Positions 58,720-64,000 of a DNA stretch of 64,000 nucleotides are shown here, piece by piece. Position numbers and translations under genes: made by a program. The notes below the pieces were generated by a model. It saw only the letters and a list, made by a program, of their open reading frames with translations. It did no database searches and was not told the origin of the DNA. The DNA is taken from IMG/VR virus record IMGVR_UViG_3300017783_003463, positions 1 through 64,000 of that record. One strand, given 5' to 3'. The stretch is from an uncultured virus (IMG/VR IMGVR_UViG_3300017783_003463) (taxonomy: Duplodnaviria; Heunggongvirae; Uroviricota; Caudoviricetes). Every line of letters begins with the position of its first letter. Within the stretch, counting starts at the first letter, position 1.

Positions 58720-59361
58720 ATGATGACCTCGCTAAAAGAGCATCTTTCATTTAGTCAAGCTAATATTGTCACTGAGAGCATTGAAGAAGCAAACGGTGGT
58801 AAGAGCTTGTATATGAAGGGTATCTTCATTGAAGGCGATGTCAGAAACCAGAACAACCGTATCTACACAAAAGAAGAAATTCATAGTGCAGTTAAAAGCA
58901 TAAATGAAAAAATTAAAGGTGGATACAGTGTATTAGGCGAAGCTGATCACCCAGATGACCTCAATATCAATTTAGATCGTGTATCACACATGATCACTGA
59001 AATGGATACTGATGGTGCGAACGGTATTGGTAAGCTAAAACTATTGCCTACTCCAATGGGAAACATTTGTAAAACCCTTATTGAGAGTGGGTGTCATTTA
59101 GGCGTGTCAAGCCGAGGCAGTGGCAATGTTAACGATAGCGGCATAGTTAAAGATTTTGAAATCATTACAGTCGATATTGTTGCAAATCCGAGTGCTCCTA
59201 GTGCTTATCCCGATCCAATCTATGAAAGAATTATGAATCATAGCCGGGGTAATGTATTAATGGATGTCGCTGAAGCAACTAGACACGACAAAGGTGCACA
59301 ACGTTATCTCCAGGAAGAGGTGACTAACTTTATTAAAAACCTGAGATATAGGAGAGATTAA
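58720..59361 (+). CDS. gp21: Prohead protease
   Basis: NQNNRIY, LGEADHP, VSH, GVSSRGSG, DIVANPSAP. Confidence 0.93.
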   Translation: MMTSLKEHLSFSQANIVTESIEEANGGKSLYMKGIFIEGDVRNQNNRIYTKEEIHSAVKSINEKIKGGYSVLGEADHPDDLNINLDRVSHMITEMDTDGANGIGKLKLLPTPMGNICKTLIESGCHLGVSSRGSGNVNDSGIVKDFEIITVDIVANPSAPSAYPDPIYERIMNHSRGNVLMDVAEATRHDKGAQRYLQEEVTNFIKNLRYRRD

Positions 59362-59362
59362 T

Positions 59363-60463
59363 ATGGCTCATGCAATGGATGAACTATTAAACTCAAATAC
59401 GCTCTCTGAAGAGGTTAGATCTTCATTATCTGAAGCTTGGGAGACCCAACTAACAGAAGCTCGTGAGAATATCACAGCTGAACTTAGAGAAGAATTTGCT
59501 CAACGTTACGAAAGTGATAAAGAGCAGATGGTTGAAGCTATGGATAACATGATTGGTGATGTTATTTCAAAAGAACTCGCAGAGTTCCAAGAAGACAAAG
59601 CCAAAGTAAACGAAGATCGTGTTGCATATCGCAAGCACATGAAAGAACATGCAAAAGTTCTTGATAAGTTTGTGATGGAAACACTTGCGAAGGAAATTGA
59701 CGAACTTCGCAGTGATCGTAATGCCCAAGACGAAAACATGACCAAGTTGGAAGGTTTCGTAATGGGACAATTAACTAAAGAGCTCAATGAGTTTCATGAA
59801 GACAAACGCTCGCTAGTCGAAGCAAAAGTCAAAATGATCAAAGAAGGCAAAGAGGTTATTAATCAAACTAAAGCAGACTTTATTAAAACAGCCGCAAGTA
59901 AAGTAGAAGGCATAATGGAAAATACCATTAAGTCAGAACTTAACACATTGCGTGAAGATATCAAAGTAGCCAAAGAAAATACCTTTGGACGAAAGATATT
60001 TGAAACGTATGCCGCTGAGTTTATGTCAAGCTACTTAAACGAAGGAACTGAAGTTTCTAAGTTAAACAAAGTAGTTGAAAGTCTACAAAGTGAGATTGAA
60101 AACAAAGACAAAGCCATTGCTGAAAAGGAAGTGACAATAGCAGAAAGTGCAAAGACTGCACGAATTGCTAAAGACACAGCAGAAAGAAAGCAAGTTATGC
60201 AAGAAATGATGCAACCTTTAAGCAAAGATCACAAAGAAATAATGGGTGCGTTACTTGAAAGTGTTAAAACAGACAAGCTACAAAATGCATTCAACAAGTA
60301 TCTACCTTCAGTTATGAAAGAAGATGCTAAACCAAAGACCAATAAGAAGGTACTAAGTGAATCTAATACAGAAGTCACTGGAAACAAAGCAGAAGCCTCA
60401 GCATCAGCTGAATCGCAAACAGCTGATATTGTTTACCTTCAAAAATTAGCCGGTATAAGTTAA
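59363..60463 (+). CDS. gp22: Prohead scaffold/core protein
   Basis: Coiled-coil, Glu/Lys-rich, FGRKIFE; between protease and capsid genes. Confidence 0.85.
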   Translation: MAHAMDELLNSNTLSEEVRSSLSEAWETQLTEARENITAELREEFAQRYESDKEQMVEAMDNMIGDVISKELAEFQEDKAKVNEDRVAYRKHMKEHAKVLDKFVMETLAKEIDELRSDRNAQDENMTKLEGFVMGQLTKELNEFHEDKRSLVEAKVKMIKEGKEVINQTKADFIKTAASKVEGIMENTIKSELNTLREDIKVAKENTFGRKIFETYAAEFMSSYLNEGTEVSKLNKVVESLQSEIENKDKAIAEKEVTIAESAKTARIAKDTAERKQVMQEMMQPLSKDHKEIMGALLESVKTDKLQNAFNKYLPSVMKEDAKPKTNKKVLSESNTEVTGNKAEASASAESQTADIVYLQKLAGIS

Positions 60464-60474
60464 GGAGACCTAAA

Positions 60475-61635
60475 ATGGCAGACAATTTAATGGAAAATTG
60501 GAGCGAAACTAAAACCGCTCTTACTGACGGTCTTACTGGAACGAAAAAACAAGTAATGGAATCAGTTCTTGAAAACACTAAAACGTACCTCTCAGAGGCC
60601 GCGTCAGGTGGTGCAACAGGCGCAGGTAACATTGCAACCCTTAACAAGGTTATTCTTCCAGTGATCAGACGTGTTATGCCAACAGTGATCGCCAACGAAA
60701 TCGTTGGTGTTCAGCCTATGACAGGCCCTGTTGGACAAATTCACACTCTACGTGTACGTTATGCAGAAACTTTTGATTCAGCTGTAGCTGGTGATGAGGC
60801 ACTAAGCCCATTCCAAATTGCAACTGGATACGCAGGTGATGCGACAACAAATAGAGGTGCCGCTACTTCAGCCCTAGAGGGTACAGGTGGTAAGAAACTA
60901 TCAATCCAAGTATTGAAGCAAACAGTCGAAGCAAAAACCAGAAAGCTATCAGCTCGCTGGACTTTTGAAGCGGCTCAAGACGCACAGTCAATGCACGGAT
61001 TGGACGTAGAAGCAGAAATCATGCAAGCACTAGCCCAAGAGATTACTGCTGAAATCGACCAAGAGATCATTGCTAGCTTGAGTTCACTTGCTGGTGCCGC
61101 ATCTGATACATACGCACAAGGTAGCGTATCAGGTACAGCTACTTTCGTAGGTGACGAGCATGCCGCTCTTGCAGTTCTTATTAACAAGAACGCAAACACT
61201 ATCGCCGCAAGAACAAGACGTGGCGCTGGTAACTGGGCAGTTGTAAGCCCAACAGTACTAACAGTACTACAGAGTGCTACAACTTCAGCGTTCGCAAGAT
61301 CAACTGAAGGCGCTTTTGAAGCACCAACAAATACTAAATTTGTAGGTACTTTGAATGGCACAATGAGAATTTATGTAAACCAGTATGCGGCTAATGATGA
61401 CGTACTTGTTGGTTACAAAGGTGCAACAGAAACAGACGCCGCGGCGTTCTATTGCCCATACATTCCGTTGATGTCAAGCGGTACAGTACTTGACCCACAA
61501 ACATTTGAGCCAGTAGTAAGCTTCATGACACGTTATGGTTATGTAGAGCTTTCAAACCAAGCTAGCTCACTTGGTAACGCGGCTGATTACCTCAGCAAAA
61601 TCGCAGTTACAAGCGGTCAGCTTCAGTTTACCTAA
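60475..61635 (+). CDS. gp23: Major capsid protein
   Basis: GVQPMTGPVGQI, TRKLSARWTFEAAQD, EITAEIDQEI, FYCPYIPL, MTRYG. Confidence 0.96.
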   Translation: MADNLMENWSETKTALTDGLTGTKKQVMESVLENTKTYLSEAASGGATGAGNIATLNKVILPVIRRVMPTVIANEIVGVQPMTGPVGQIHTLRVRYAETFDSAVAGDEALSPFQIATGYAGDATTNRGAATSALEGTGGKKLSIQVLKQTVEAKTRKLSARWTFEAAQDAQSMHGLDVEAEIMQALAQEITAEIDQEIIASLSSLAGAASDTYAQGSVSGTATFVGDEHAALAVLINKNANTIAARTRRGAGNWAVVSPTVLTVLQSATTSAFARSTEGAFEAPTNTKFVGTLNGTMRIYVNQYAANDDVLVGYKGATETDAAAFYCPYIPLMSSGTVLDPQTFEPVVSFMTRYGYVELSNQASSLGNAADYLSKIAVTSGQLQFT

Positions 61636-61654
61636 TAGGTATTCTACTAAAAAG

Positions 61655-61681
61655 AAAACAGGGTCCAAGTGGCCCTGTTTT
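61655..61681 (+). terminator. Rho-independent terminator after capsid gene (possibly bidirectional)
   Basis: AAAACAGGGTC-CAAGT-GGCCCTGTTTT stem with A and T tails. Confidence 0.8.
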
Positions 61682-61723
61682 TGTGACTACAGTGAATAAA
61701 TATGTTTAGTAGGAGACGAGTAG

Positions 61724-62530
61724 ATGGCAACAAAATTTAAACAAGACATTGAAATTGATGGTACTCTCACAGCAACATCTTTTAGTGGATCAGGTGTTCC
61801 GAGTAACTTAGGTGATTTATCAGATGTAAGTACTGTTGGAGTAACAAGTGGACAGATACTAAAGTATAATGGTAGTAGTTGGGCACCAGCCGCAGACGGA
61901 GGCGGTGGTGGTGGAGGTGGATCCGGAGATATCGAAGGTGTAACAGCAGGTACAGGTTTAACTGGCGGCGGAACAACAGGTACAGTAACACTTGATGTAG
62001 ATGTAGGAACCACAGCAAATAAAATTATACAAGTAACTGCAACCGGAAAGTACCCAGCTATCGATGGATCAGACATTACTAATCTTCCAACAGGTGCAAC
62101 ATTTTTAAACGGTTTATCGGATGTAGATACAACTGGAGTAGCAAATGACAAAATTTTAAAATATAATGGAACTTCAAGCAAATGGGAAATAGCAGATGAT
62201 GCTTCGTCAGGTGGAAGTTCATTAGGAGATTTATCTATTACAGGAAGTACTATGTCAAGTAGCGGTGCAACGATTACACTAGATGATAATGTTACAGTAA
62301 CTGGTACACTAACTAGTAGTCAAGCAGGAGCTCCGGTATTAACAAGTGCCAGTACACTTACACTACAAGCAACAACAAGAACAACTATTGCAAATACTCC
62401 ACTAAAACTTCATAGTTTTACAACTACTGCCAGAGATGCATTAAGTTCAGCAGACGGAGATATGATTTATAATAGTACAACAAACAAATTCCAAGGCTTT
62501 GCAAACGGCTCTTGGGTAGATTTACATTAA
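61724..62530 (+). CDS. Fibre/decoration structural protein
   Basis: Two LSDV..GV...ILKYNG..W repeats, poly-Gly linker, AGTGLTGGG, C-terminal GDMIYNSTTNKFQG. Confidence 0.65.
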   Translation: MATKFKQDIEIDGTLTATSFSGSGVPSNLGDLSDVSTVGVTSGQILKYNGSSWAPAADGGGGGGGGSGDIEGVTAGTGLTGGGTTGTVTLDVDVGTTANKIIQVTATGKYPAIDGSDITNLPTGATFLNGLSDVDTTGVANDKILKYNGTSSKWEIADDASSGGSSLGDLSITGSTMSSSGATITLDDNVTVTGTLTSSQAGAPVLTSASTLTLQATTRTTIANTPLKLHSFTTTARDALSSADGDMIYNSTTNKFQGFANGSWVDLH

Positions 62531-62539
62531 GGATAAAAG

Positions 62540-64000
62540 ATGGCAGAATTTCATTATCAATTAGGTACATATACCAAAGAACAGTATGACGCATTAGATA
62601 TTAGTTTGCGTGATCCTGATGATCCAACATATATAGCAAGAGAAGTAGATCAAACTGATGATATATTACATAGTCCTACAAGAGGTGTATTTTGGTTAAG
62701 TGAAGAAGAAGCGGCAGAACTAGAAAAAGATCCGCAGATTGCTTTTATACATAAAGATCCAGATAACTATCCAGATGATTACCCTCAACCTCCTGAAGAT
62801 GAATTACATTGTATGATAACTGAAACATACAGATATAACGAACCAGTTAAACATAGGAATCAATATGCAAGTGCTAGTGATTTCCCTTCATCACCAGATG
62901 CAACTGACTTGAGAAGATGCGGATATCAATTACTAAGAACTACAAGTGAGAACGGACCAAAAGCAAAAAGAGATATATGGTCTAGTAATGCATTAACAGT
63001 AAGTGCTAATATTAGAAAAACTGGTACAGGAAAAGATGTTGATATTGTTTGCATGGACAACGGCACCTGGATAGGACATATTGAATTTATTAATAATAGA
63101 CCAGCTAGTGAATCACCAACAGACTATATAGGCGGAAATGTACTACCAGGAGATGGAATATGTGATTGTTTAGATTTGGTTCTTGATAGTCCTTATTATA
63201 TTGATCCAGCTTGGTTTGATGCCGCTCCTAGCAGTAGATTAGAAACTAGATGGGATGGAACTACAGTGCCTACTGAATCAGAAGCTAGAAGTTGGTGGGG
63301 AAGCACAAGTAATAGAAGTGCCGCTTTTTCTAGCTATGGAACAGTTTCAATACAAACATCATATACAAGATTAAGGGCTCATGGTGATTACGACACTGAT
63401 CCATATAGTGCTACACATGGTACTCAATGTGGTAGTCAAATTTTTGGAAGAACACACGGCTGGGCTTATAATGCAAACAAATGGATTATTGACGGATATA
63501 GTGGATACGGACTTGGACTTACAAAAGTATGGGACGTTCAAAAAATATTCCATCAAGCAAAGCCTGTTAATTCAAAATATGGTACAAAAGATCCAACACT
63601 AAGTTCTAACAGTTGGGGTTATAGAGCAACTCCTACTAGTAGTGCTTATGCATTTCATAGAACCGGTAGTGCAATAACTTATACATCAGATTCCAACAAA
63701 CCACAGTTTATGCGTTATGTAGGAGATGCTGGTGATTCCGGAAGAATGAAAAGTGAATTTCTAGATAGTAGTATTGTTACTAGTGCAAAAGAAATGGTAG
63801 ATGCTGGTGTTATTACAGTAGTTGCCTCAGGTAATAGTAATCAAAAGCAAACACGATGGGATCATCCAGACTATGACAACTATTGGCATACCAGTCAAAC
63901 AGGACACTTTGGAGATGGTGTCAGTATTTTTCAATTTGGATATCAAGTTATGCCTACAACTAATAGACCAGGGTTCCCACAACATGCAGGAGCCGCATTT
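62540..64000 (+). CDS. Subtilisin-like (S8) serine protease, runs off window edge (not in ORF track)
   Basis: Hand translation from ATG 62540 (MAEFHYQLG): GKDVDIVCMDNG (Asp), HGTQCGS (His), SNSWG, VASGNSN (oxyanion Asn). Confidence 0.8.
   Translation, partial: MAEFHYQLGTYTKEQYDALDISLRDPDDPTYIAREVDQTDDILHSPTRGVFWLSEEEAAELEKDPQIAFIHKDPDNYPDDYPQPPEDELHCMITETYRYNEPVKHRNQYASASDFPSSPDATDLRRCGYQLLRTTSENGPKAKRDIWSSNALTVSANIRKTGTGKDVDIVCMDNGTWIGHIEFINNRPASESPTDYIGGNVLPGDGICDCLDLVLDSPYYIDPAWFDAAPSSRLETRWDGTTVPTESEARSWWGSTSNRSAAFSSYGTVSIQTSYTRLRAHGDYDTDPYSATHGTQCGSQIFGRTHGWAYNANKWIIDGYSGYGLGLTKVWDVQKIFHQAKPVNSKYGTKDPTLSSNSWGYRATPTSSAYAFHRTGSAITYTSDSNKPQFMRYVGDAGDSGRMKSEFLDSSIVTSAKEMVDAGVITVVASGNSNQKQTRWDHPDYDNYWHTSQTGHFGDGVSIFQFGYQVMPTTNRPGFPQHAGAAF

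Noticed and set aside
58001..58750. 249-aa Ser-rich minus-strand ORF
   Set aside because: Antisense shadow of the Asp/Glu-rich scaffold gene
61898..61927. GGN repeat as a tandem repeat or regulatory element
   Set aside because: Encodes a poly-Gly linker in a fibre protein
63381..63602. 73-aa plus-strand and 61-aa minus-strand ORFs in the track
   Set aside because: Both lie inside the S8 protease reading frame starting at 62540
1..64000. CRISPR array, DGR, integrase/transposase, tRNA genes, stop-codon reassignment
   Set aside because: No repeat-spacer array, reverse transcriptase, recombinase or tRNA seen by eye; genes tile densely under code 11 with TAA, TAG and TGA all used as stops

Overview
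A 64 kb piece of an AT-rich, large T4-like tailed phage genome (Caudoviricetes, distant myovirus type); host not identifiable from sequence. Layout: (1) 1-22317, minus strand: a ~22 kb modification/biosynthetic cluster with 6 radical SAM enzymes, 3 sulfotransferase-like proteins, 3 glycosyltransferase-like proteins, 2 methyltransferases, SGNH-like proteins, a PLP enzyme, a carbamoyltransferase, an APS-kinase-like kinase with an HxGH nucleotidyltransferase, and a Gfo/Idh/MocA oxidoreductase missing from the ORF track. (2) 22382-46890, minus: baseplate/tail module including a 3764-aa protein. (3) 46988-52424, plus, sigma70-type promoters: gp55-like sigma, gp47/gp46, a HAD phosphomannomutase and a minimal GIY-YIG nuclease. 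(4) ~52425-52712: a GC-enriched non-coding element with many hairpins and two possible pseudoknots, starting at the GIY-YIG stop. (5) a gp26-like gene with an apparent -1 frameshift into an unannotated 84-codon frame. (6) 53958-64000, plus: tape-measure-like gene, portal, scaffolds, protease, major capsid, a fibre protein and a truncated S8 protease. Top leads: the GIY-YIG plus structured ncRNA pair, the T9 frameshift, and the late-promoter-linked modification cluster. All calls are from motif reading by eye; no searches or folding programs were run.
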